NCBI GenBank assembly: GCA_043799545.1
Contig: JAZDNO010000004.1
Location: forward strand, 1 to 64,000
Source: Methanobacteriota archaeon
GTDB lineage: Archaea > Thermoplasmatota > Thermoplasmata > SG8-5 > DAIRED01
Direction: 5' to 3'
Length of the DNA stretch: 64,000 nt
Every line of letters begins with the position of its first letter. Positions within the stretch are counted from its first letter, which is position 1. Under the pieces are notes generated by a model. That model did no database searches, had not been told where the DNA came from, and worked only from the letters and a program-made list of their open reading frames with translations. Below are positions 18,259-27,793 of the stretch, piece by piece. The translations under genes were made by a program, and so were the position numbers.

Positions 18259-19545
18259 CTAATCTAATCTGTTCCGGGATTTCTTCCGCGCATTCGATAT
18301 GGTATCGATTCTCTCTACAGTCTGCTCCCCTGTCTTCATGTCCTTGTACGTGACAGTTCCGTCGGCAAGCTCTTTGGCGCCGATGATTGCGACTTTTTTC
18401 GCTTTTATTGCGTCGGCGTACTTCAGCGCCTTGGATATGTTGCGCCCCATCAGCTCGATGTCTGCGACCGTTCCAGCCGCCCGCAGCTTGGTGACCAGCA
18501 TGGAAGCGGCGGGTATTGCCTCTTCGCCGACCGGCACCACATAAACGTCCGGCCCTTGAGCTTCTTGCTTTGCCCCCTGTTTTTCTAGCGCCAGCATCAC
18601 GCGGTCGAATCCGATGGCGAAGCCCGTCGAGTCGATTGGCTTGCCGCCGAAGACTTCGGCCAGCGCGTAAGAGCCGCCGCCGCAGACCTGCTTTTCTGCG
18701 CCCAGCTCTGCGACGTCGATTTCGAAGACCATCCCCGTGTAATAGTCGAGGCCGCGGACGACCCCCAGGTCGAACTGCAGTCCGCTCACGCCCATGCTCT
18801 CCAGCCGCGCGGCCAGCAGCCGGAGGTATGCCAGGCCCTCTAGGTCGCCGGCAAGCTTTGAAGCCGCGTCCAGCACGTCCACACCGCCCCTCATCTGAGC
18901 CAGGCTCACGATGGCGTCCCCTTTCTCGCCGTAGATTCCGCACTCGTCCAGGACTCGCCGGAGCTCCTCGTATTCAGCCTTGTCAAGAAAATGGAGGGCC
19001 TTCGTCCACGAGTCTTTCGGAACGCCGAGCTTCTCGAGCATCCCCCGGAGGATTCCAATCTGGCCGAGCCGGATTTGGTATCCGGACAATCCGGCAGCCT
19101 TCAGTATTGCGTCGGCCAGCGCGACGATTTCCGTGTCCGCAGCCAGCAGAGGGGCTCCGATTATCTCGACGCCGAACTGGAAAAACTCCCGGTATCGCCC
19201 GGACTGGGGCCTCTCGTATCTGAAGCAGTTGCCGAAATAGAAAATCTTGATGGGCTTCGGCGCTGAGGTCATGTCGTTAAGGTACCAGCGCATCACCGGC
19301 GCCGTAAGCTCTGGCCTCAGCGAGATATCCCTTCCGCCCTTGTCCTTGAAGGCGTACATCTCGTCGACGACTCCCTCGCCCGACCTGGCGGTGAATAGCC
19401 CCAGCTCCTCGAAAGTCGGGGTCTGGACCTCGCCGAATCCGAAGAGCCGCGCTGCCGACCGCATCCGCTCCTCGACCGCTCGGCGCCTTGCCATCTCGTC
19501 CGGACCGAAGTCCCTAGTGCCCCGCGGGCGCTGGAATTCCGCCAT
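18259..19545 (-). CDS. hisS: Histidyl-tRNA synthetase
   Basis: FQRPRGTRDF start, LRPELTA, RYERPQSGRYREF, VRGLDYYTG, GGGSY, anticodon-binding C-terminus. Confidence 0.97.
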   Translation of the reverse strand: MAEFQRPRGTRDFGPDEMARRRAVEERMRSAARLFGFGEVQTPTFEELGLFTARSGEGVVDEMYAFKDKGGRDISLRPELTAPVMRWYLNDMTSAPKPIKIFYFGNCFRYERPQSGRYREFFQFGVEIIGAPLLAADTEIVALADAILKAAGLSGYQIRLGQIGILRGMLEKLGVPKDSWTKALHFLDKAEYEELRRVLDECGIYGEKGDAIVSLAQMRGGVDVLDAASKLAGDLEGLAYLRLLAARLESMGVSGLQFDLGVVRGLDYYTGMVFEIDVAELGAEKQVCGGGSYALAEVFGGKPIDSTGFAIGFDRVMLALEKQGAKQEAQGPDVYVVPVGEEAIPAASMLVTKLRAAGTVADIELMGRNISKALKYADAIKAKKVAIIGAKELADGTVTYKDMKTGEQTVERIDTISNARKKSRNRLD

Positions 19546-19704
19546 GGCACGCCGAAGCCTCCCCGAAGGTAAATAATTTCCCATAGCGGGGGTCGCTTCG
19601 AAAGTAAAGCCAACCAATCTCCATCTCATTTACCCAGCTCAGGCAAAACAAAAAGGGGGGACGAGTAAAATCAAACGCTAAGAAACAGAATGATTTTGCG
19701 AGCG

Positions 19705-19792
19705 AGCCGAATCCAGTAATCAAATGAAAGCGATTTCTGGATTAGGCTAGGGGTGGAAGAATACCTTTTCGTTTCCTGCATGTTCTTCCACC
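19705..19792. other. Two tandem stem-loops in a long intergenic region (possible ncRNA)
   Basis: 19705-19721 pairs with 19732-19748 (15/17 bp); GGTGGAAGAA 19752-19761 pairs with TTCTTCCACC 19783-19792. Confidence 0.6.
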
Positions 19793-19835
19793 GACCCCCG
19801 AGAACAGAAAGGACCGCTACCGCTCTTGATTAGAT

Positions 19836-19850
19836 AAAAAAAAAGGGGGG
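19836..19850 (-). terminator. CCCCCC-T9 terminator downstream of the RHH gene
   Basis: A9G6 on the plus strand; a similar A5G6 tract lies at 19650-19660. Confidence 0.55.
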
Positions 19851-19892
19851 AGGTAATCGTGAGTGTGCATCCATCCCTTCTGACAGCTCTTC

Positions 19893-20129
19893 CTACCTTT
19901 TCATATACGCTGCCTCGGTCTCTTCCAGTTCCGCGATCGCCCCCTCGATCTTCATCATTTCGGAGACCTTTCCAGGGACCTCTTTTGCGCGGGCGTAGAG
20001 CATGTCCCGGACGGCTGTGCGTATGGCCTCGGAGCGCGAGGAGAAATCGTCCATCCTGACCAAGGCGTCGATGTTTCTAATGAAACGCTTCGGCAGGCGG
20101 ATGGTGATTTTTTCCGTGTCGTCTTGCAT
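19893..20129 (-). CDS. RHH transcriptional regulator (CopG/CdrS-like)
   Basis: EKITIRLPKRFIRNIDALVRMDDFSSRSEAIRTAVRDML plus a C-terminal coiled coil. Confidence 0.9.
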   Translation of the reverse strand: MQDDTEKITIRLPKRFIRNIDALVRMDDFSSRSEAIRTAVRDMLYARAKEVPGKVSEMMKIEGAIAELEETEAAYMKR

Positions 20130-20249
20130 GTTTCCCCGTACTCCTTCTGTACCCTTTTTGTACCTATTTTGTCGGGCAATACCCGATATAGATTACAGTA
20201 TATAAACGTTTGCATTCTTATATCCGGCGAAACCCTGGCGAATTGTGTT

Positions 20250-20846
20250 CTACGCCTTGCCAGCTTCGTATCCGCGCTCGATAGCCTTGACGTTGACCGC
20301 CCGCACCTTCTCGCTAAGAAGATTGTCCATGGCCTTGGAGAAGCTCTCGCGCTTCAGGGGGCATCCTTCAGTGGCCGCGAAGGCTCCCAGCATGACGACG
20401 TTGGCGACCACTGGCATGCCCAGCTCCCCCGCGATTTTCACCGATGGAATGACCTTCACTAGGGCCGAGGCCTGCTTCAATCCGTCGACGATTTCCGCGA
20501 GGGGAGGGTACGATTCGAAGCCCATCGAAACCCCCGGAGGAATTGCCGGCTCGTCGGACGTGATGACCCTCGTCGTCGCGGACCCGCAAGGCAGCGCCCG
20601 GTAGGTTTCAAGGGGTTCCAGCCCTAGCAGCACATCCACTTCGCCCTTGGCTGCCAACGGGCTTTTCACACGGTCGCCGATTCTCACGGTGGCCGTGACC
20701 ACGCCGCCGCGCTGCGCCATCCCGTGGACCTCGCTCATCACCACGCGCTTGCCCTCGGCCATCGCCGCCTCGCCCACGAGCTGGGCGACGAAGAGGACTC
20801 CCTGGCCGCCCACGCCCACTATTACAACGGAGAAAGGCTTGCTCAT
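20250..20846 (-). CDS. iorB: Indolepyruvate:ferredoxin oxidoreductase beta subunit
   Basis: VGVGGQGV, SEVHGMAQRGG, NVVMLGA; ATGA-coupled to iorA. Confidence 0.93.
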   Translation of the reverse strand: MSKPFSVVIVGVGGQGVLFVAQLVGEAAMAEGKRVVMSEVHGMAQRGGVVTATVRIGDRVKSPLAAKGEVDVLLGLEPLETYRALPCGSATTRVITSDEPAIPPGVSMGFESYPPLAEIVDGLKQASALVKVIPSVKIAGELGMPVVANVVMLGAFAATEGCPLKRESFSKAMDNLLSEKVRAVNVKAIERGYEAGKA

Positions 20847-22708
20847 TCTTTCGCCTCCTCGATGGCTTGGAAAGGACAAACCTGGGCGCAGACGCCGCAT
20901 CCGTTGCACAATGCAGGGTTGATGTGGGTTTTCTTGTCATCGCCGTTGTAAAGCGCCGGGCAGCCGTATTCCTTTATGCACCTGTGGCAGAACTTGCATT
21001 TGACCGGGTCCACGCGCCAGTGGTGGAACGATTTTGCTTTCCTGCGGTCCCTCGCTTCGAGCAGGACGCAGGCTCGCTTCGCAATCACGACGCTCACCTC
21101 CGGCTGGGCCAGCGCCTCCTCGTAAACCTTTGTCACGCCCTTGAGGTCGCTCGGGTCGACGACGCGGACGAACTTGACGCCGCAGGCCTTGACTATGGCC
21201 TCTATGTCCGCCTCCTGCGCCGGGTCGCCCATGGCAGTTTTTCCCATTCCAGGGTTGGGCTGGTGGCCAGTCATGGCCGTCGTGCGGTTGTCAAGTATCG
21301 TGTAAACGAACCTGTGCTTGTTGTAGACGGCGTTGATGAGCCCGTGAATCCCCGAATGGAAGAACGTCGAGTCTCCGAGGAACGCCATCGTCGGCTGGTC
21401 CGGGGCGGCGATTGAGAAGCCGCAGGCGGCGTCAACGCTGGAGCCCATGCAGAGCAGGAAATCCGCGGCGTTCATCGGGGGCTGGATTCCCAGGGTGTAC
21501 CAGCCGATGTCCGAGGAAAAAATCGTCTCGCTTTTCTTGCCTTTCAGCGCCTTGTTCGCTGCGTAATAGGTGCTGCGGTGGGGGCAGCCGGGGCAGAGAA
21601 CGGGAGGACGGTTCGACAGTTGGAGCGGCTTCGGGGCGAGGCACGAGCCGGCCATGCTCTTGCCCAGGGCTTTGCCCAGCGCCTCCTTGACGACGTCCAT
21701 GTCGTATTCGAACATCTTCGAGAAGTGGCCGCTGGCCTTGCCGATAATCTTCAACTTCGGGTTGAGGTCCTTGGCCATCGCCGCTATCTGCTGCTCGAGA
21801 ATCGGCTCCATCTCCTCGACGACCACGAGTGTTTCCAGGCCCTTGATGAACTCCGCCACCATTTTCGTTGGCAACGGATTCGAGAGCCCGAGTTTCAGGA
21901 TGCGCGAAGGTATCTTCTCTGTGTCAACGACTTCAGCAACATAGTTGTAGCCAACGCCCGACGCGACGATTCCCAGCCCGCCTCCGCCGTGGTATTCCTC
22001 GGTTCGGTTCCACGGGCAATCGTCCGCATACTCCAGCGCTTTTGCCATCCGATGGAGTAAAATACCGTGGCTCTTCCGCGCCGTCGCGGGAACGACGACG
22101 AACCTGCCGGGGTCCTTGACGTATTTGCCCTTGGTCTTGGGCTCGGGAAGCGGACCCAGCGTCACTGGCGCCCGCATGTGGTTCATGCGCGTGACCGTTC
22201 GCACGAGAATCGGAAGCTCGAACCTTTCGGAGAGCGCGAACGCCTCGCGCATCATGTCGTGCGCTTCCTGGCAGTCCGCCGGCTCGAACACTGGGATGTT
22301 CGCCAGCAAAGCGTAATATCTGTTGTCCTGCTCGTTCTGGCTCGAATGGCACGACGGGTCGTCCGCAGATAGAATCACGAATCCCCCGCGCACGCCAGTG
22401 TACGCGACTGTCATGTAGGCATCCGCCGCGACGTTGAGCCCGACATGCTTCATGAAGGTGAACGCGCGCACACCGCAGGCCGACGCCGCGGCCGCGACCT
22501 CGAAAGCGACCTTTTCGTTCGTCGAGAATTCGAAGTAAACGCCCGCTTCCCTGGCAATCCTGGCGAGTGTGTTTCCGATTTCAGAAGAGGGTGTTCCAGG
22601 ATATGCCGCGCCGACGCCCATTCCACCTTCGAGCGCCCCCCGGGCTATGGCCTCGTTGCCAAGTAGGAAGAGCTTCTTCCCCTCGATCCTGTCGAGCAAA
22701 GGTTCCAT
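20843..22708 (-). CDS. iorA: Indolepyruvate:ferredoxin oxidoreductase alpha subunit
   Basis: LLGNEAIARG, YPGTPSSE, NEKVAFE, KHVGLNVAAD, RPPVLCPGCPH, C-terminal 2x[4Fe-4S]; GGTGA RBS. Confidence 0.95.
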   Translation of the reverse strand: MEPLLDRIEGKKLFLLGNEAIARGALEGGMGVGAAYPGTPSSEIGNTLARIAREAGVYFEFSTNEKVAFEVAAAASACGVRAFTFMKHVGLNVAADAYMTVAYTGVRGGFVILSADDPSCHSSQNEQDNRYYALLANIPVFEPADCQEAHDMMREAFALSERFELPILVRTVTRMNHMRAPVTLGPLPEPKTKGKYVKDPGRFVVVPATARKSHGILLHRMAKALEYADDCPWNRTEEYHGGGGLGIVASGVGYNYVAEVVDTEKIPSRILKLGLSNPLPTKMVAEFIKGLETLVVVEEMEPILEQQIAAMAKDLNPKLKIIGKASGHFSKMFEYDMDVVKEALGKALGKSMAGSCLAPKPLQLSNRPPVLCPGCPHRSTYYAANKALKGKKSETIFSSDIGWYTLGIQPPMNAADFLLCMGSSVDAACGFSIAAPDQPTMAFLGDSTFFHSGIHGLINAVYNKHRFVYTILDNRTTAMTGHQPNPGMGKTAMGDPAQEADIEAIVKACGVKFVRVVDPSDLKGVTKVYEEALAQPEVSVVIAKRACVLLEARDRRKAKSFHHWRVDPVKCKFCHRCIKEYGCPALYNGDDKKTHINPALCNGCGVCAQVCPFQAIEEAKE

Positions 22709-22798
22709 CTGCAACTCACCTGCGTCCAGCGTAATAGCATAATCGTATTAAAAAGTGCCTTCGCGGCGGGCCGAAAGATCCTGCAGGCTCCGTGCGGC

Positions 22799-24226
22799 TC
22801 AGTTCGGGCGGCCTATGGCCAGCGGTACGGCATGCGTCTCTCCGTCCACGGCGCTCCAGCGGTAGTACGACGGGCCCCCTTCCCCGTCCACGCCGAACCA
22901 CATCTTGCCCCTTCCGATTCCGTCCGTGAACCTCACGTTGTCGTCGTCGGTGTCGCGCGTGTCGTCGCCGTGGCCGCTCAGCGCCGAGTCAATGACCCAG
23001 ACCCAGTATTGGCCAGGCGTGTCGGACGGCTGCGGGGTGGAATCGATTATCATCACGTGGCCTGTGCTCCCCTCGGAGGGCGGGTCGTGCTTGTATGCGA
23101 TGATGTCCCCCGGCCTGGCGTCCTTCATTTCCGCCACGCGGCTCCAGGCTGCGGTCGAATTGCCCGCGCCGAGGCTGGCAAAATAGTCGTAGTAGTCCTG
23201 GGCGAGGGGCCGGGACTCGTTGTTCTGGTCGAACGCAATCTGCGCGTAATGGCCGGGCAGCTCCCTGTTCAGGACGAAGTCCACGAATCCCGAGCAGTCG
23301 GCGATGTAAGCGAAGTCCTCCTCCTGGATTATCGTGTGGTGCCAGTAGACCGTCAGCTGCTGCATGTGCACGACGTATTCGGCCCTGTTTGCGACCCGGT
23401 CTGCGGAAGGCACGAGCGTGTCGTTCGCCTGCGTCGCCCTGGCAATCGATATCGGATAGTACAGCTGTTCCCCGTCCACGCTGCTCCACCTGAAGTAGAC
23501 CGGCCTGCCGTCGTGGTCGACGCCGAACCACATCTTTCCCTTGCCAACTCCGTCCCCGATGTCCTTACGGGGGTCGTCGCCGTGGTAGCTCGCCGTGGAA
23601 TCCGATACCCATACCCAGTATTCGTTGTCGTTGACGGTCGACGGCTCCGGCGTGGAATAGACGAACATCACATGCCCCGTGTTGGGGTCGTGGATGGGAT
23701 GCTTGTAAGCGAGGACGTCGCCGGGCTGCGCGTCGGCCATCTTCCTTATCCTGGTCCACCCCCTCTCGGGCCGGGCCTGCGCGAAGAACCCGTAAAGGTC
23801 CTCGGCCAGCGGGCGCTCCCCAGCATCGTAATACGATATCGCGTCGTACCACGCAGGGACCGTCAGGTTGAGGACGTAATCGACGTATCCGGAGCAGTCG
23901 GTGTTGTATATTCCACCGGCCCTGCTGATGTTGGCACCCAGCGCCGGGTGATGCTCGTAGTTTGTCGAAGTCGTATGGTTGAGGATGTATCCGATTTCAT
24001 CGACGATGCGCTTCGAAGGTGGGACCGGATCGTCGATGCCATTCCCTGGGTGCGCAGACTGCACCGGTAGTGGCAGGCCCGATGTCTCCGTTGCGTCATC
24101 GTAGCCCACCTCGTATCCGATGGCGAGCGAAACGACGGAGGCGACGATGACGAGGGTGACCACAACCTCGAATGATGGTGCGATAGATGGGGCCTCGGAA
24201 CCTCGCCCCCCAATCCGCTTGGACAT
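22799..24226 (-). CDS. Membrane-anchored protein with two tandem NlpC/P60-like (papain-fold) domains
   Basis: N-terminal TM helix; two repeats, each with DCSG[YF]VD, PGD[VI][LI]AYK and TGHVM; TGATG overlap with porB. Confidence 0.75.
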   Translation of the reverse strand: MSKRIGGRGSEAPSIAPSFEVVVTLVIVASVVSLAIGYEVGYDDATETSGLPLPVQSAHPGNGIDDPVPPSKRIVDEIGYILNHTTSTNYEHHPALGANISRAGGIYNTDCSGYVDYVLNLTVPAWYDAISYYDAGERPLAEDLYGFFAQARPERGWTRIRKMADAQPGDVLAYKHPIHDPNTGHVMFVYSTPEPSTVNDNEYWVWVSDSTASYHGDDPRKDIGDGVGKGKMWFGVDHDGRPVYFRWSSVDGEQLYYPISIARATQANDTLVPSADRVANRAEYVVHMQQLTVYWHHTIIQEEDFAYIADCSGFVDFVLNRELPGHYAQIAFDQNNESRPLAQDYYDYFASLGAGNSTAAWSRVAEMKDARPGDIIAYKHDPPSEGSTGHVMIIDSTPQPSDTPGQYWVWVIDSALSGHGDDTRDTDDDNVRFTDGIGRGKMWFGVDGEGGPSYYRWSAVDGETHAVPLAIGRPN

Positions 24227-25125
24227 CACAACCCCTGCGTGAACGCCTCCCGCTTGAGGAGGATTTCCCACTCGCGGTCTATGCCCTTCTGTATCTCCTC
24301 GACGACGCTGGCCGGCAGGTGCCTGAACCGCCCCTGCATCGCCATGTAGTCCATGAAGCTGATTTTCTTCGCCGGTTTGCGGTTAATCTTAATCACGCCA
24401 TTCTCAACCTCGTAAATCGGGAAGACGCAGGCGTCCGTCGCCATCCTGGAAATCTCCACTGTCTTCTCCGGAGGCAGTCTCCAGCCCGTCGGGCACGGGG
24501 CGTACACGTGGAAAAACTTCGGCCCTTTAACGTCCCTTGCCTTCCGCAGCTTCTTGATGAAATCCTCCGGGTAGGCTACCGACGCAGTCGCGGCATAGGG
24601 TATCTTGTGCGCGACCATGATGTCCATCATGTTCTTCTTCGGCTGGCGCTTCCAGTCCTGCCGCGAGCCGACGGGCGTCGTCGTCGTCCACGCGCCGACC
24701 GGCGTGGCGGAAGACCGTTGGATTCCCGTGTTCATGTAAGCCTCGTTGTCGTACATTATGTAGAAGACGTTCGTACCGCGCTCCACCATCCCAGACAGCG
24801 CCTGGATGCCTATGTCGGCCGTGCCGCCGTCGCCTGCGAAGCCGACGACGTTTATGTCCTCCCTTCCCTGCTTGTCGTAAGCGGCGCGCAGGCCGGAGAT
24901 CGACGCGCCCGTCGTTTCGAACGCGGTGTAAAGCATGGGTACATCCAAGCACTTGAGCGGGAAGACGCCCGGCATCACCGCCCAGCAGCACGCCGGGATG
25001 CTCATCACGGTTTTCGGCCCAAGCGCCTTGAGCGCGTACCTCATGGTCATCGTCGCGCCGCATCCCAGGCATCCCACGTGCCCCGAGCGCATGTACTCCT
25101 CGACCGGAATCGTTGGCTTCGGCAT
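24226..25125 (-). CDS. porB: Pyruvate/2-ketoisovalerate:ferredoxin oxidoreductase beta subunit
   Basis: GCLGCG, GDGGTADIG TPP motif, YDNEAYMNTGIQRS; POR vs VOR cannot be resolved. Confidence 0.9.
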   Translation of the reverse strand: MPKPTIPVEEYMRSGHVGCLGCGATMTMRYALKALGPKTVMSIPACCWAVMPGVFPLKCLDVPMLYTAFETTGASISGLRAAYDKQGREDINVVGFAGDGGTADIGIQALSGMVERGTNVFYIMYDNEAYMNTGIQRSSATPVGAWTTTTPVGSRQDWKRQPKKNMMDIMVAHKIPYAATASVAYPEDFIKKLRKARDVKGPKFFHVYAPCPTGWRLPPEKTVEISRMATDACVFPIYEVENGVIKINRKPAKKISFMDYMAMQGRFRHLPASVVEEIQKGIDREWEILLKREAFTQGL

Positions 25126-26312
25126 CACAATCCCCCCAGCCCGCGGACGTCGACCCACTCGATTTCCGCGTGCTTGCCATTCCTCAGCTTCAGGACGTCC
25201 TCGAATATCTTCGTCAGTACTTCGGGAGTCAGGTCCCTGCCGCCGATGCCGGCGATGTAGTTTTTAATCGCTGGCCTATCCCGGCAGTTGTAAAGCGCAC
25301 CTTGGACCTCGGAAGCGAAAGCCCCGCCGTAACCGAATGTGAACGATTTGTCCAGTATTCCGATTGCCGGCACCGTCGCAGCGAGCTTGCGCACCTCCTC
25401 GAACGGGAACGGCCTGAAAGAGCGCAGCCTGGCAACGCCGACCTTCTTCCCATTTTTGCGCATCTCGTCCGCGACCTCCTTGGCGGTGCTGGCCACCGTA
25501 CCAGCAAGCAGCAGGACAGCGTCTGCGTCCTCGCACTTGTAGAATTCGATGAGCCCGCCGCCGTACGTGCGCCCGAACGTTTCGCCGAACTCTTTGTCGA
25601 CCTTTCGGATGCGCTCCCTGGCCAGGTCCATCGCCTCGGCAATCTTGTACCTGAACTCCATGTACCAGTCCGGCATCACGAGCGAGCCGAAGCCGTAAGG
25701 CTGCGTTTCCGGCTCGACCCGGTACTCGGGGTTGAACTTGGGAAGGAACCCGTCGACGACCTCCTGGTCCGGGATGTCCACGGGCTCGGAGGTGTGCGAG
25801 AGGATGAAGGCGTCCATGACTACCATCGAGGGCGTCATGATATCTCTTGCCTCGCCGATTTTATATGCTTGGATGATTGTGTCGAGCACTTCCTGGTTGC
25901 TCTCGCAGTAGAACTGCATCCAGCCCGTATCGCGCTGCGCTATCGAGTCGCCCTGGTCCGCCCAGACGCTCCACGGCGGGCCGTTCGCGCGGCTGACGTT
26001 TGCCATGACCACCGGCGCCCTCGCGCCCGAAGCCCAGATGAGCATCTCGTGCATCAGCAGCAGGCCGTGCGACGAAGTTGCCGTGAAGGTGCGCGCCCCG
26101 GCTTGGGAGGCAGAAACGCACGCGGCCATGGCGCTGTGCTCGCTCTCGACCTTGATGAACTTCGCGTCCATCTCGCCCTCGGAGACCATCGTCGCCAGCT
26201 TCTCCACGATTTGGGTCTGGGGAGTGATCGGGTACGCTGCGATTACGTCCGTCCTGGCGACTTTCGCGCCGTACGATGCAGAATAGTTGCCTGTGATTAC
26301 TTTCTTGACCAT
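25125..26312 (-). CDS. porA: Pyruvate/2-ketoisovalerate:ferredoxin oxidoreductase alpha subunit
   Basis: AAYPITPQT, ESEHSAM, TATSSHGL. Confidence 0.92.
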   Translation of the reverse strand: MVKKVITGNYSASYGAKVARTDVIAAYPITPQTQIVEKLATMVSEGEMDAKFIKVESEHSAMAACVSASQAGARTFTATSSHGLLLMHEMLIWASGARAPVVMANVSRANGPPWSVWADQGDSIAQRDTGWMQFYCESNQEVLDTIIQAYKIGEARDIMTPSMVVMDAFILSHTSEPVDIPDQEVVDGFLPKFNPEYRVEPETQPYGFGSLVMPDWYMEFRYKIAEAMDLARERIRKVDKEFGETFGRTYGGGLIEFYKCEDADAVLLLAGTVASTAKEVADEMRKNGKKVGVARLRSFRPFPFEEVRKLAATVPAIGILDKSFTFGYGGAFASEVQGALYNCRDRPAIKNYIAGIGGRDLTPEVLTKIFEDVLKLRNGKHAEIEWVDVRGLGGL

Positions 26313-26314
26313 CT

Positions 26315-26593
26315 TCACTCCTCCAGTACCATCTCGATGCACTTCTTCGGGCACTCGTTGGCGCAGATGCCGCAGCCCTTGCAGTGGTCGAAATCGAATT
26401 CGGGATATTCGTCCTTGCCGATTTTTATGGATACGTCCGGGCAGAACTTCCAGCACATGTAGCACTTGATGCACTTCGCTTGGTCCATCTTGGGGCGGAA
26501 CGTGCGCCAGCCCCCTGTTTTGTTGGCCTCGGAGCCCGCTGTGGTTATCGGCATCAAGGGCAGGTCTTTGTACGATTTGTAGGAGACCATCAT
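26315..26593 (-). CDS. porD: Oxidoreductase delta (ferredoxin) subunit
   Basis: GGWRTFRP; CIKCYMCWKFCP and CKGCGICANECP. Confidence 0.92.
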   Translation of the reverse strand: MMVSYKSYKDLPLMPITTAGSEANKTGGWRTFRPKMDQAKCIKCYMCWKFCPDVSIKIGKDEYPEFDFDHCKGCGICANECPKKCIEMVLEE

Positions 26594-27141
26594 CTCACCT
26601 CCACCGCATCGTAAGCATCGATGGCCGCCGCCGCGTTCTCCTCTATCTTGGAAGGGGCGTTGTTCTTGATTGCCTTTACAAGCGTGTCAAGTTTTACTAC
26701 GCCCGAGACCTTGGCAAACCCCCCGAGGATGGCGCTGTTGACTATCGGCGCCGCCTTGCTGCCGAGCTTGTGCTTGATGGCGATGTTGGTAGCATCCAGT
26801 GCTGCGACTTTGTATGGGCCCTTGATGCTGAGCTCCCCCGCCTTGACGTGGGCGTTCACTAGCACGACTCCGCCCTCCTTCAGCCCTGCCAGAACGTCAA
26901 CAGCTTTCAGCAGAGACTGGTCCATGACTATGACGTGGTCGGGAGCGTAGATGCCGGACTTCACCCGGATGACCTTCGAGTCGACGCGTGTGAAAGCGGT
27001 GACTGGCGCACCCCGGCGCTCGACTCCGAAAAACGGAAAAGAGCAGACCTCCTTCCCCTCCATGAAAGCCGCCTCGGCCAAAATGTTGGACGCCACGACC
27101 GCGCCCTGCCCCCCCCGTCCGTGAAACCGTATTTCTATCAT
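26590..27141 (-). CDS. porG: Oxidoreductase gamma subunit
   Basis: [24 protein letters not shown]. Confidence 0.93.
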
Positions 27142-27236
27142 GCCATGTGCCCCATTGGTGAATGGCGAGGTTGTATAAGGCGGTTTTTGCTGAAATGGTG
27201 CGGAAAGTTCATTTCCACCGCCCGCAATCCACCCGC

Positions 27237-27668
27237 GTGACGTTCTCAACAGTGCGTTTCCGCACGTTCTGCCACGCCACAGAGGACGAGAGCAAGGTTC
27301 GCAAAGCCCTGCATTTCGTGACTGGCGGCGCTCCAATCGAGGTCAGCGCGACGAAGGGCCACCACGGCAATAGGATTGCGATCCTCGAATCCCAGTTGAC
27401 CAAGAAGAAAGAGATGAGGCTCTTCTGGTCAAGTCTCGCAGAGGCTGGGCTCACAGCCGAAATATTGGCAAACCTCGACGGGCGCATCGGCGACGACCTG
27501 GCTCTCGGCCTGCGGCTCGACAAGCAGGAGGCGTACGCCGATAGGCTTTCATTTGATCGCGGCGGGGATGTCGTCCACGTCAGGGCGAGGGTCGTGGCGT
27601 ATCCGGCGACGAGGGATGGCGCGCTCCTGGCGGCAAGGTCATACCTTTCCGGGCTGGAAAACCGATGA
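27237..27668 (+). CDS. Archaeal RNA-binding protein (DUF54/UPF0201-like)
   Basis: FCHATEDESKVRKAL, GHHGNRI, LRLDKQEAY; start uncertain (GTG 27237). Confidence 0.8.
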   Translation: MTFSTVRFRTFCHATEDESKVRKALHFVTGGAPIEVSATKGHHGNRIAILESQLTKKKEMRLFWSSLAEAGLTAEILANLDGRIGDDLALGLRLDKQEAYADRLSFDRGGDVVHVRARVVAYPATRDGALLAARSYLSGLENR

Positions 27669-27731
27669 AGCCATTTTGTTTCACTATTATGTTTGGATAG
27701 CTATCCAGATTCGACAGACTAAAACGGCATA

Positions 27732-27739
27732 TTTATATA
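27732..27739 (+). promoter_or_regulatory. TATA box of the large surface-protein gene
   Basis: TTTATATA; GGAGG RBS at 27782-27786 before ATG 27794. Confidence 0.55.
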
Positions 27740-27793
27740 CTAGCACAATTTCAGGGCGTTAAATCCTCGAAAGCGAGGAATGGAGGAATAGGA

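Noticed and set aside
19750-19810. H/ACA guide RNA reading of the twin hairpins (ACA near 19804)
   Set aside because: No pseudouridylation pocket or K-turn is evident; kept only as a generic structured element
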